64,000 bases of DNA from Dipteris shenzhenensis (taxonomy: Eukaryota), in the NCBI GenBank assembly GCA_047967505.1, contig CM106538.1. One strand, written 5' to 3'. Positions 51,783 through 64,000 of this stretch are shown here, piece by piece (the stretch's first letter is position 1; every line of letters starts with the position of its first letter). The notes beneath the pieces were generated by a model, which had not been told where the DNA came from, ran no database searches, and was given only the letters and a program-made list of their open reading frames with translations. The translations under genes and the position numbers were made by a program.

Positions 51783-52026
51783 GCACCGGTTGCTCCATTC
51801 TTTATGTTGGGCGGCACGCTCCTGGCCTTAGTTTGTTGGGACGTGGATTCGGCGATGGTATTTTGAAAAAATGAGAGTGCTCGAAGCAAGCTCATGCTCT
51901 GAATACATTAGCATGGAATAACGTGATAGGACTCTAGAGGGTCCTACTGTGTTGGTCTTTGGGACCGGAGTAATGATTAATAGGGATAGTTGGGGGCATT
52001 CATATTTCATTATTAGAGGTGAAATT
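51783..52026 (+). pseudogene. 18S rRNA gene fragment (V4 region), degenerate
   Basis: 'GAGTGCTC(G)AAGCAAGC..GCTCTGAATACATTAGCATGGAATAAC..GGAGTAATGATTAATAGGGATAGTTGGGGGCATTCATATTTCA..AGAGGTGAAATT', with C->T/G->A changes at otherwise invariant positions. Confidence 0.92.
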
Positions 52027-52480
52027 TTCTTGAGATAAAGGGTACTCTCAGTTGGACTATTCAATAGACCTTGATTGGTCAAATATTTATGAATCATACC
52101 AAGCCCATGGGGCTTGTTTGAGCCGATAAAGTGCCTTATGCAGCTTGCATACATTGTCTTCCTGACTAGGCATGTGAAAACCAAAGAGCTGACTGACATA
52201 CACTTATTCATGCAAGTTCCCATTGAGGAAGGCTGTTTTGATATCCAACTGATGTTCTTTCCATGCGAAATGAGCAGCCAATGAAACAACACATCTAATG
52301 CTGGTCATCCTGGAAGTGGAGGCAAAGGTTTCATCATAATCTATCTGCTTTTGCTGAGAATAGCCCTTGACAACCAATGTTGCCTTGCACTTGTCCATGG
52401 TACTATTAGAGTTTCTCTTGATCTTCTACACCCACTTTGTCCCAATAGTTTTTTTTCCTATGGGCAAATCAACCAGTTGG
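52027..52480 (-). mobile_element. Copia RT fragment
   Basis: '[61 protein letters not shown]'. Confidence 0.9.
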
Positions 52481-54419
52481 CTGACACACCAAAGGATGCA
52501 CTTGGAAGGCGCATACTACCTAGGATCCACGATTTTCACTGTTTTTCAAATCAACAACATAGATGAATGATAGTCCTAGTGATTTGCCAGAAATACGTGA
52601 GAGTTATGGTGTTGACATTATCACCATGATGGGTATACCAAATAGTCGTTGAAAGTACAGTGAGCGAGAGTGCCAGTCTTGAGACATAGCCACTGTTGCC
52701 TTGGAAGATTGTCCACAAACGGAGGTGTGATGGGAATAATACAAGGATAGGCATTGGGGGGATTGCCTTCATGATGGTAGAGGCTATCATGAAAGATGCT
52801 CCCTTGCATTGTCACTTGCAAAACAAAATTTTGGTCCTTATAAGGCTGCCTAAATGAACGTTCTTACTTGTTAGCTGCGCCAAGGATGAAACAATGTGGC
52901 TTTTTAAGCACAGAAAAGTTGGCTTGAATGAACAGGGGAAAGTGGATTCTCAGTGCTATAATGCCAGCTAGATGCATGTTAACGCCTTTAAAATTGCGTC
53001 TTACAAGTTACAACAGACATGAAAACTTCCAAGGTGTTCGCACGCATGTCGAAGCAAATTTTCTTTGGCTGAGAATGCAATTGGGCATTGGCTACTATGT
53101 CCTCTTGGCGATTGAGGACTCCGTTCGAGTTTTCAGGGCTTGGTGAGTTGTGATTTTGCTGCTGCAATTTCTTTTTGCCATAAGCTATTGGTTGGCCTCG
53201 TGTACCGCCTCTTTCTAGGTTCATAGGTGCCAAGGCAGTGTACATGAGTCATTCTTTGGTTGGGTACTTTGCTGATTTTATTTTGGAGCTTTGAAAAGCT
53301 TTGTGAATGCCATCTGGAAACCACTCAAAGAGAGTGCAGCTGGGGTGCAGTGTGATTGCATCTGGACAGCCAATGGAATTGCACTTGGAAAAGAGAATGC
53401 CTTTGGATTGAGCCTATGTGTTAAGTGCACTTATGTAATGGTGTTCTATGCTTGAAGGCCTTGCGAAGGCTCAATGAATTGGGGCTGCGTGCTCAGTTGT
53501 AGGGAAGGTCTCCCGGATGCAACTTGTAATCATTTCATTGTGAAATATAAAGAAATACCGAAAGGGGCGCCACGGTGTTTGGGGCCAATCGGGTGCACTT
53601 GTCTATGTTTGTTGAGCAGATGCATTCTAGCCTCCATCCGTTTTTCAGTGGTTTTATTTGTGAACAAATGGGTAAATGCCAAATGGTGATCATGCAATGG
53701 TTAATGGTTGTGATATATGCTTTGTGAGCTGTAAGTAAGTGCTGAAGTGATTAAAGGTTTAGTTCCACTGCCCTCTGAGTGATTAGAGGCCGGCTTCATT
53801 GGTTCCATTTCTGGGATACCACACACTCTTCCTTAAGAGGTGGGCCTCGGTAGTTTGGTGGAAGGATATCTTTGCTGCACTTTTTGACAGCTGAATATTA
53901 CAACCATAAACATTGCAAGTGCAGTGATTGCTTTGACTCAGCTGACTCAAATTTCGGCTGAGATTGTGCAAACAAATGCCAAGAAGAAGAAGAAATCAAG
54001 AAAGCACAAGCACGGAAAGAGTGAGTACACACATGCATCAGCTTCTCACGGCGGACCACACACTCATGCATTAGTTTCCCATGAGGGACAGCCATAAAAA
54101 ATGACTCAGAAAGTGACTTCCAAGAGAGAGGAATCCCCGAAAAGAGCACTTGAGAAAGAGGTACAAAAAGTACAGCCAGTGCAACAGTATGAGCAGCCAG
54201 CACAAGGCCTTGGTTTGGGTACTTCTACTTCTCAAAATAATAATGTGCAGTCCATAAATGTGGCTCAACCACCTCAACCATATTTGAGGCAGCAACCTGA
54301 ATATTTTGGTACAGATTCTATCTTTGATGCTATGTTGATAATTTCACTGCCAATTGGGCATAGAAAGCAAGCCATGTATGACAATGTGGGAATGTAGCTA
54401 GGCATGCAAGCCACATCAT

Positions 54420-55493
54420 ATGCTCCCATGCCTTATGTTCAGCCAAGCATGGCTCTCCCTAGTGAAGGGAATGCTGCAAAAATCCAGCCATCTTTGTGAC
54501 AGCCAATATCAAATGTATATAAAGAATTTAAGGAATGGTGGTTCTCATGTCAAGTTTGAGACATATAATGGAGTACAGGACCGGTACAAAGCCCTCACAT
54601 TTCTTAAACAGTTTGATGCTGCATTTCTTGGGGGTTTGTTTACAGAAGCATCCAAGATGAGGAAGGTTGCCACATTTTTGAAAGGCAATGCACTTAAGTG
54701 GTACGCCAACCTTATGCTTCATGGAGATGTACTTGCTACTTGGCTGGAATTTAAGCAAGTGCTCTCTTCCACTTGGCTTACTCCAACTTTGGAAGTTGAA
54801 GTACTTTCACACTGGCATGACTTGTCATACAAACTTTGCAAGAATCTTGATGATTACACCCAGAGGTTTTGGGATGTTTTGCTTCCATTGAGCTCTTACA
54901 GGCATGTTTCTTTGAAAGAGCAAATAGAGAGGTACTGTTGTGGATTGCCTAGTGAGCTGCCTAGTGAGCTACGTGATTATTGCATCAAAACCAAGGTGGG
55001 TTCTATGACTCAATTAATTGAGAATGCAAGGACAGCATATGCATGGATGCAGGAGAAGAATTTGGGCTTTATGGACAGCAAGAAAGAAGACAACAAACGG
55101 GCTGCCAAACACCAGGATAAGGACATCAAATCTGAAAATAAAAATTATGGCAAACGACCGTTTCAAAAGGGAGGAAAAGCCCAATTCAAAGCTGGTCAAA
55201 GGCGTGGACAGCCCAATAAACAGCCCCGTACCAAGCTATCTGATGAAGACCAAAAGTCACTCATGAAGCAAAATAAATGTTTTATATGCAAAGGAGAGGG
55301 ACACCGCTCTTATGATTGCCCATCCAAGAAAAGAGACAGGTCAGATGATGATAATAATGGTGATAAACAGGCTGATCGGAAGGGCAAAAGGCCTAAACCT
55401 TCTGCAAGACTTCTTCTAGATGTGATTGGGAGTTTGCCACATGCGCATGATGAAGAGGAAACGAAAATGACTGAGATGTGCAGAGCATGGTGA
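54420..55493 (+). mobile_element. Gypsy gag (retrotrans_gag + CCHC knuckle), truncated before protease by a later insertion
   Basis: 'FETYNG..FLKQFD..FLKGNALKWY..TWLEFK..YTQRF..RYCCGLP', 'CFICKGEGHRSYDC'. 9 bp tandem duplication (PSELPSEL). Confidence 0.88.
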
Positions 55494-56162
55494 CACGACC
55501 CTGCAGGATCTGATCCTATCACTGACCTAGAATCTCGTCCTCAGTACAACCAGAATCATAGCGCAGGTGCCTCGATCCTCCCGACCACCCCCGAGCACGT
55601 GGGCTACAGCTCGACTCATCATAGGCCCGTATCTAACCCAGGCGTCCCACATCACCTGAGCCCGTCCAAAGGACCTTCGATACACCACCTATGATCTGCC
55701 ATGTAGATGGCCAGAGTCCCGGCTTGGGTCCAAGTCCCATCCATCAGTTGAGGAGTGCTCAACTGATCTACACAATAGCACTGGCCCTCCCTCTATATAG
55801 AAGGAAACCCGCTATAGATAGCACAATGCTATGAATAGCTCCCTCCATATAAAGGGAGCACTATATATGAATCAATCTCTATATATAGCAATCTCGGCTA
55901 AAAATAGCCATCCAACCCTATGCTATCCCATAACCCACATTAACTTGCTATCCAACCCTAGGTACACCATGCACATGACATACTCCCCTTCCTCTAAGAA
56001 CTCACTCCTGAGTTCACCAGAAAGCCCGAAAACTCTCTGTGAAGATGAGTCAATGCCAATAACTATACTCTGACTATCAGTTTGAGTGTGCTATACTTTC
56101 CATGAGATTCAAATCAAAGAAAATCTAAGGCCAAAGCCACAAGCTTTGATAACCGACCCAAG
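55492..56162 (-). mobile_element. LTR-like sequence of a further element, itself split by the chromovirus and continuing at 62783
   Basis: Begins TGACACGACCC exactly where gag stops (reverse complement '..GGGTCGTGTCA' is an LTR-type terminus). The chromovirus TSD joins 56162 to 62783. Confidence 0.45.
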
Positions 56163-56682
56163 TGTCATGTGCACGGATTGGTATCTGACGTGTACTAGTT
56201 ACACAGAACTAGCTCAGGTTAGCCTGGGGAGGCTTAGAGCTAGGCAGGCTTGATTCTCGGGTTGAGTGGCAAGGGTACGAACTATTTATAGGTCTTCGCT
56301 ATTTTTGGCGCCGGGGCCCGAGTCTATAAAAGAGGCCCAGGGGGTTCAGTTCTCAGTGTGCAGTTGGGAGCAAGTCTCGTTCTCAGGTGCTAGGTCTGAT
56401 CCTGGATTGTGTCGCGGACGCGCGCCTGCATCTTAGCGTAGCCCAAGGCCCAGTGGCAGATCCAGGGCTTCACAGCGCCACCTGGTGGTATGGGACACCA
56501 GGCTGGTTGGGATCTGATTGGGAGTTCGTGCCAGTAGCTCAGCTCGTGGCTCGGGGGGACATCTTCTGATTCGGGATCACATCCTGTAGATGTCACGGTT
56601 GGGTGGTGAGCAGCCTGCTCAGTTATGATGTTGTGTGTGGTTATTTTGCAGATCAGGGTTTCAGGAGTGCTGGGATGTGTCA
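56163..56682 (+). repeat. Chromovirus 5' LTR (520 bp)
   Basis: TGTCA..TGTCA; TATA 'CTATAAAA' at ~56324. Confidence 0.97.
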
Positions 56683-57666
56683 GTTGGTATCAGAGCCAAC
56701 TCCTGAGGTAGGAACTTCTGATGCGAGAACTTTGACGGATTTCTCTTCTAGGTATGCCCTAAAATTCGAGATTCCCTACTGCGTTTTTTGCTGTCTACCT
56801 GGGGTAGAAGGGGTGAAGAAATATCTGGAAAAGGCAGGAAGAAGGAGAGGCTTGATTTCGAAATTGCTGAAGGGTCTAAGTGAGAGAGGGAGTGAAGTTT
56901 TAACTAGGAGAGTGTGGAAGAGAGGCGAAACAGGGCTGTTAGGTAGGAGATGGAATCGGGATGCTGGTCAGGGCTGCACAGAGGTAGGTGTCGCTGGTAG
57001 GTGAGGCTGAGGAGTGCGCCATCTGTTGGTACAGGATTCGGCCCAGGCAGGGGGTGCGTCAGGCTGAGCAGGGTGCGGCCAGTAGCATCTAGGGGTGGCT
57101 GAGGTGCGAAAAAGCACCACCTTCCAAGTTTGGAGGGTGGGGCAGAAAAAAGCATCGACCCTCCAAGACTGGAGGGTGTGCATGCTAAATTTAGCTTCAA
57201 GCCTCCAATTTTGGGAGGCAAGCTTTTCTGGAAAGCGTGGCTAGGCTTTCCTAGAAAGCAAAGCCTCCAGAATAGCTGCGCTACCTTCTATAAAGCCTGG
57301 CGAGATCTCAAGTCCAGCCATAGTCTCAAGCTAGACAGCGCAAGAGAAGCCTGCCCCTACCAGAGTTCCGCCATCTAGATACGGCTGCAATAGCAGCAGC
57401 TCTGCGTCCTGCCTCTGCATGAGATTCGCCTCCAAGAAACGGCTGCAACAGCAGCAGATATTCCGTACTGTACGGCCTGCAGCGGACCAGCAGAAGGACA
57501 CCATCACCTACGCAAGCTGATCGTCAGTTTACGGCATCTTTTTTCCAGCCAGCTTCTCTAATTTCGCCACATCTTCGAGGGACGGTTTCTTTCCTCTACT
57601 CTTCTCCTTCCAGCTTCGATTCTCCCAGCTATTTCTCTCCGTTTGTAATCGAATCAGAATTCAGCC

Positions 57667-60600
57667 ATGTCTGATGCTCCGAATCCCGAGTTTGCTATGG
57701 GAGAGCAGGACTTAGATTACACTCCAGTGGGAGAGGATGATTAGGGTCTCTATGATGACCTGATCACTAAGAAAGCCTTCAGTGAGTTCACGACTGCTCT
57801 GGATGGTAAATTTGAGCAGGTCAACGCTAATCAATCGGGGTTGACACAGCAACTCCAAGGGATACAAGCCACTTTGACTCTTCTGGCTAGCACGGTTCAG
57901 GCACTCACGCATGTGGATGCCATGGCTTCCGTGCTAGGCCCGAATATCACTCCGGATCCCTTTCCAGGTGACCAAAAATCAAGAACAAAGGAGGTGGTTG
58001 ACACTTGGTTGCACAAGTGGCAAGTACACTTCCAATTTCACCCCTATCCAGACGAGAAAAAAGATTCAGCTAGCAGCAGGGTTTATGTCAGGTAAAGCCT
58101 TGCTTTGGTGGAAAGAACTTCAGCCTAAGCCTGACACTTGGACAGAATTTGAGGGTATCTTCAGGAAGGAGTTCCTGAAGAAGGAAGATGACTACGATAT
58201 CGTCGGCAAGCTCAAGGCCCTCGATATGTCAAAATTAAATTTAACTTTTGAAGTTTATCTTCAAAGATTTAGGGATCTGCAAACCAAGGCCACTAAAATG
58301 GATCCTGTAACCTTGTTAGGTTTTTTCGTGGATGGTTTGCCAGACTCCTATAAGTTACAGATTAAGAATAACAAGTGCACAACATTGCAGGAGGCCATGA
58401 CATACGCGCGCATATATGATGATACCATGGTCGGAACCAAGGCAACCACAGTTACCGAGACCAGCGGAAAGAACAAACGCAAGTTCTTTCAGCATGCAAC
58501 TGGTATTGGGGAGACGAAGTCTACGGACAACGCCTCCAGGAAAAGCTTAACTCCTGCGAAGAATGGTAAGGCCCATTTCCTTCGCACTCTCAGGCTCAAG
58601 AAAGAAGGCCGGTGTTTTTATTGCGAGGAGCGGGGCCACACGAAGAATGAGTGTCCTAAGCGGAAGAACCAGAAATTGGTGCTAGGACCCAAGCTCCAGG
58701 CAGGTCCACGTACCGCAGCCAAGGGAGCCAACCAGGTTACGATGACAGGTATTTCAGTAAATGTCATTACCTGCCCCCTTTCCTGTAATTGTAGCTTTAA
58801 TACTTCGTTGTTTGGTTCCCATGATCTTTTCCGAGTTTATGGAGAAGTTAGGGACCAACAGGTTCACATTCTCTTTGATCCGGGCAGCTCTCACAATTTT
58901 GTTAATTACAAATTTGTGCAGAAGATGGGGCTGTCCACAGTACCTAGCGACCACACCTACGAGGTGCAGCTTCCAGCTGGGAAGCAGTTTTGGGATCGCA
59001 AGGTTGAAGCGCTTCCCATCCGGATTCAAGCCTACACGGGAGCTCTCACATGTTATGTTATGCATCTAGAGCATGTAGACTTGCTGATCGGGATAGAGTG
59101 GTTTAAAACCCACAATATCCAGATCGGATGGACGGAGCATACGCTTTCTTTTGTAGACAAAGGCACCCAATTTTGTATTCAGTGTGATAAGATTACCCCT
59201 TCTCAGGGGCCTATTGTATCTGCGATGCAGCTTCGGAATATATTGAACACTTCTCATTATGATATCTATCAGTGTGTTTTGATTCCACTTTCTTCATTTA
59301 TTGTTTCGGTGATTAACAAAAATGAATTAAGTGTGTTTGAACATCGAGAATTGAGAACGTTGTTAGATAATTTTAAGGACGTATTCCCAGCTCAACTGCC
59401 GGAAGGGTTACCTCCAGAAAGGGCAGTAGATCATCGCATAGACTTAGTCCCAGGGGCTCAACCTATCAGTGTACCACCGTATAGGATGAGCCAGGTAGAG
59501 GAGGATGAGTTAGCTATCCAGCTTCAGGATTACCTGAATATGGGCTATATCCGCCCAAGTAAATCTCCTTGGGGTGCACCTGTCCTCTTAAGAAAGAAGA
59601 AGGATTCTTCCTGGAGGATGTGTATAGATTATAAACGACTAAATAAAGTTACAATTAAGAACCGCTATCCTTTACCTCGTTCTGATGATTTGATAGACCG
59701 TTTGGCCGGAGCGAAGTATTTCACTAAGATTGATTTGCGTACGGGTTATCATCAAATCCGTATCTATGCTAAACACATAGATAGGACCGCATTCCGGACT
59801 AGGTATGGTCATTACGAGTTCCTCGTATTACCTTTTGGTTTGACCAATGCTCCTGCTACTTTTCAGCAGATGATGAACGATTTGTTCAGAGATTATCTGG
59901 GCAAATTTGTTGTAGTGTTCTTAGATGATATCTTGGTATATAGTAAAACGCTTGAGGATCATATAGGACACCTTCGGGTTGTCTTACTTGTTCTAAGACA
60001 GCATAAGCTTTATGCCAAGATGAGTAAATGTGACTTCTTTATGAAGGAGATCATTTACTTAGGACACAAGATTTCTTCTGAAGGTATTAGCATTGATCTG
60101 GATCGTATCCAGAAGGTTTTAGATTGGCCTATACCTCAGACTGTGAAACAACTTCGCTCTTTCCTAGGATTTACGGTATTTCTTCGGAAGTCAGTCCGTG
60201 ATTATTCACAAATCACGGTACCCTTGACCAACATATTGAAAGGTCGTGGACGCAGGTCTACTCAGCCGATCCCTTGGAATGATGCAATGAACAAGGCTTT
60301 TGAAACCTTGAAGTTATCTATCAAGGAAGCACCCGTTCTTGCATTACCCGATCCTACCTGGCCTTATGTATTAGAGGCCGATGCAAGTGATTATGCGATT
60401 GGGGCAGCTCTATTCCAAGAGGGCAGACCTGTAGCTTTTGAGAGTAAGAAGCTAGACGACACTCAGTATCGTTGGCCCACACTTGAGAAGGAACTTTATG
60501 CCGTAGTGTATGCTCTCAAGGTTTGGAGACACTACTTGTATGGTTCAAAGTTCCTTGTATTGACTGATCACCAGTCAATTAAGTATGTGTGTGATGGATC

Positions 60601-62248
60601 AGACTTGAGAGGAAGGAAAGCCAGATGGGCAGAGTTAATGCAGGATTTTCATTTCGAAATACGTTATCGTAAGGGTTCGTTGAATAGTGTGGCGGATGCC
60701 TTAAGTCGAGTTAAGTTTGTAAATGCTTTGTCATTTACGGAAATATCCTCAGACCTATTTCAATCCTTGAGAGGGCTATACGCAACTGATAGTCATTTCA
60801 GTTCTTATTGGCAGAGAGTCCAGGATGGGAATTCCATGGTTGACCAGGACTCAGGGATTGTGCCACCTAGGATACAGGCGGCGGGAGGTCAGTGGATGAT
60901 TAGGAACGGCTTGCTGTTCCGGAATGAAAAGATTTGTGTGCCTGATGTTCTGGACCTAAAATCCAAGATTCTCTGGGAGTGTCATGATGCTCCTAGTGCG
61001 GGACATCCAGGTATACATAGGACTCTGTCTCTTGTGAAGCATACCTTTTATTGGCCTAAGATGTGTGCATTTATAGAGAACTATGTGGTAGGTTGCCGAG
61101 TTTGTCAGGTTACTAAGGCTGAACGCCTTAGGAGCGCGGGCTTATTACAGCCATTACAGATTCTAGGTAATAAATGGGAAAGTATTTCCATGGATTTTAT
61201 TACTGGTTTGCCTTGAACGCGCAAGGGTCATGACTCTATTTGGGTCATAGTCGACCGTTTGACAAAAATGGCTAGATTCTTACCTACAAGAACAACTATT
61301 TCAGCTGTTCAGTTGGCTCACGAGTTTGTGGACCACTTGTTCAAGCTGTATGGTTTGCCATCTGACATAGTCAGTGACAGGGACTCAAAGTTTACAAGTA
61401 ACTTCTGGACACTTGTATTTGAGAAGTTGGAAACTACTCTCAGTATGAGTTCCTCGGATCATGCACAATCTGATGGTAGTACAGAAAAGGTCAACCAGTT
61501 GGTTGAAGACATGCTTCGGGCATATGTATCTAAGAGACAGTCTTCATGGGAAGATTATCTACCCATGATTGAATTTGCTTACAACAGTGCAAAGCATTCT
61601 AGTACAGGTTATAGTCCTTTTATGCTTATGTACGGGTTTCAACCTAAGTCACCAGTTATGGTTGGATTAAAAGGGATTCAAAATGATGCTGCTAAGAACT
61701 TCTTGCAAGACATGCAGGAAATGTTGCAGTTTGCCAAGGAGTCTATTAGAAGTGCCCAAGATCGGGACAGATTTTATGCTAATAGACATCGTTCACCTAG
61801 AGAGTTCTCTGAAGGAACGATGGTATATTTGAGAATTCCTACGGAATCCAAGAGCCTAAGTACTGGTTTGGTTCCGAAATTATCCCCCAGATACTGTGGC
61901 CCATTCAAGGTCATTAAAAGAATTGGACCAGTTGCATATCGACTAGAATTGCCTCCTAATGTTAAAGTACATCCAGTCTTTCATGTCAGTAGACTGAAAG
62001 AAGTATTGGGTGCAGATGATCAAATTGTTTCTCCTCATGAGATTATAGAAGTTACAGATTTAACTTTTATTCCTCACGAACCTGAATCTATTCTTGAATT
62101 CCGTGAAAGACAGATTCGAAATCGTACTATCACAGAATACAAGATTAAGTGGAAGGATCGTGTTGAGGAGGATGCAACATGGGAGACATTACAAAACCTC
62201 CAAAGAACATTTCCCGATTTCTTAGCGAACTCAGGAGTGAGTTCTTAG
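57667..62248 (+). pseudogene. gag-pol polyprotein with chromodomain; three lesions (TAG 57742, +1 frameshift in A6 at 58057-58062, TGA 61214)
   Basis: CCHC 'CFYCEERGHTKNEC', PR 'LFDPGSSHNF', RT 'VFLDDILVYS', RH 'EADASDYAIGA', INT 'HDAPSAGHPG..CRVCQ', 'SDRDSKF', 'YCGPF', chromo 'EYKIKWKDRVEEDATWE'. Confidence 0.95.
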
Positions 62249-62261
62249 AGGAGGGGGAGTA

Positions 62262-62782
62262 TGTCATGTGCACGGATTGGTATCTGACGTGTACTAGTTA
62301 CACAGAACTAGCTCAGGTTAGCCTGGGGAGGCTTAGAGCTAGGCAGGCTTGATTCTCGGGTTGAGTGGCAAGGGTACGAACTATTTATAGGTCTTCGCTA
62401 TTTTTGGCGCCGGGGCCCAAGTCTATAAAAGAGGCCCAGGGGGTTCAGTTCTCAGTGTGCAGTTGGGAGCAAGTCTCGTTCTCAGGTGCTAGGTCTGATC
62501 CTGGATTGTGTCGCGGACGCGCGCCTGCATCTTAGCGTAGTACAAGGCCCAGTGGCAGATCCAGGGCTTCACAGCGCCACCTGGTGGTATGGGACACCAG
62601 GCTGGTTGGGATCTGATTGGGAGTTCGTGCCAGTAGCTCAGCTCGTGGCTCGGGGGGACATCTTCTGATTCGGGATCACATCCTGTAGATGTCACGGTTG
62701 GGTGGTGAGCAGCCTGCTCAGTTCTGATGTTGTGTGTGGTTATTTTGCAGATCAGGGGTTTCAGGAGTGCTGGGATGTGTCA
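62262..62782 (+). repeat. Chromovirus 3' LTR (521 bp)
   Basis: Near-identical to 56163-56682. Confidence 0.97.
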
Positions 62783-63800
62783 CCAAGGAAAGTAAATCTC
62801 TCAATCTAAACAAGGTTACATATCGTTGAGTAGTCTCCTCGAGAAATCAAGTAACGCATGAATCCACAGAGTTAATTCCGTTGACATATCCGTACACAAG
62901 CATGGTAAAATCCGTACCTGAAGGTAAATGATTCTATCAACCTTATCTATTGAGTTCTAACTTGGAATTCACGAAAAAATATTCATCATGCTGAATACCC
63001 TTGAACTCAAAAATCTTAGATCGAGATCGAGGAATCATTGTTCGAACAACCCCATCAATTGAGCCCCTTGAGGTCAATTTCTAGGTTGCAATTTCTATCA
63101 ACCCTAATTCTTGAATTACTTAGTATTTTGAAAATCCCTCAACGGAAGACCTTTGTAATTCAAATTCTTGGGTTGAAATACATGACAGACTTTCCATCGC
63201 AGAACAATTAGGTATCCGTTCATAACTCATGATGAAAGAATCTTCATGGAAGTATCAATGGGCAAAATCTTGACCAAAGATATGGTCCCCTTGATCTATC
63301 CTCGAAATGCCCCTACATGAGGATAATCAGTAAAAATTCAGTTGGCTATATCTAGTCAATGATACTGTTCTAGACATGTATATAGTCAACCATCATAGGA
63401 ATAGCATCCTATGTGATCCAAAGACTACGGAAACATACAATCCGAAATCTCTAAAAATAAGATCCACTACCAAATATCCTGTATAAACTTGTGCACAATA
63501 AACCGCTCCTATCACAGGATCATCCAGTTCTTAGGATCTCTTATCTAGGAACATCAAGTTTCAAACAAGGCATTGACAGACCATCATCAGAAGAGATGTG
63601 GTAACCCTCCCCGAGATTGAGTCTAGACTATGGATCCCCAGGGTTGAACCAAAAAAAAAAAACATGGCTTCTCTCAGGGTAAAGAATCTTAGTCAGTCCT
63701 CGTAAAAAATCTAATCAGGTTGCCCCCAATTCAATTCAGCCTACTTGTACTTCACCCTAGAGGTCCTTGGGTATTATTTCACGCTGGATTATACCACCAC

Positions 63801-63975
63801 ATCAGAGAATCTTAAATGTAACATACCTTAGTGTCCCATACCACCAAAGTATACTGCAAATAAAAAACTCAGTGGACAATATGAGTAAATCAGGTATCAG
63901 AGAATCTTAAATGTAACATACCTTAGTGTCCCATACCACCAAAGTAACTCAGTGGACAATATGAGTAAATCAGGT
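63801..63975. repeat. 95 bp tandem duplication, second copy with 15 bp deletion
   Basis: 'ATCAGAGAATCTTAAATGTAACATACCTTAGTGTCCCATACCACCAAAGTA' at 63801 and 63896; 'AACTCAGTGGACAATATGAGTAAATCAGGT' in both units. Confidence 0.9.
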
Positions 63976-64000
63976 AGCCAATCCCTCTTCAACTCTAAGC

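Larger units (their letters stand above)
56163..62782 (+). mobile_element. Full-length young Ty3/Gypsy chromovirus, TSD CCAAG
   Basis: LTRs at 56163-56682 and 62262-62782 (4 substitutions + 1 indel). TSD CCAAG at 56158-56162 and 62783-62787. PBS TGGTATCAGAGCC at 56685; PPT AGAGGAGGGGGAG at ~62247-62259. gag-PR-RT-RH-INT-chromodomain order. Confidence 0.98.

Noticed and set aside
51783-52026. Functional rRNA gene
   Set aside because: Only ~240 bp, mutated at conserved positions, with no adjacent rDNA.
52490-53700. Gypsy RNase H/integrase-like debris
   Set aside because: Motifs too eroded to define boundaries or family.
58050-58065. Programmed ribosomal frameshift in the chromovirus
   Set aside because: It lies inside the gag capsid region, not at the gag-pol boundary; a one-base insertion in an A-run explains it.

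Overview
Eukaryotic, repeat-rich land-plant nuclear DNA. It is most likely a fern, inferred from an F41 H3.1-type histone, very long TE-filled introns and the TE mix; this is not proven. Two host genes are recognisable: an intact intronless histone H3 (19940-20350, -) and an SHM6/SHM7-type serine hydroxymethyltransferase (exons 40806-42098, 42205-42610, 46330-46431, +). The last SHMT exon is not in the window, so intron 3 is at least 17.5 kb. The rest is mostly transposons: two decayed DUF6570-type (Helitron2/Helentron-like) Rep genes, a full-length Copia (26256-33387, TSD GAAGC) nested in a Gypsy integrase, a young chromodomain Gypsy (56163-62782, TSD CCAAG), pogo-like and LINE remnants, a 5'-inverted L1 and an 18S rRNA fragment. 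The most unusual region is the first ~14 kb. There the Helitron Rep is neighboured by an intron-containing RPA-like OB-fold pseudogene, repeat arrays, a DYRKP-like 5' fragment and an unrelated divergent kinase domain whose putative intron is a minisatellite. This may be a large cargo-carrying rolling-circle element, but its termini could not be identified. All family calls come from motif recognition by eye, not database searches.
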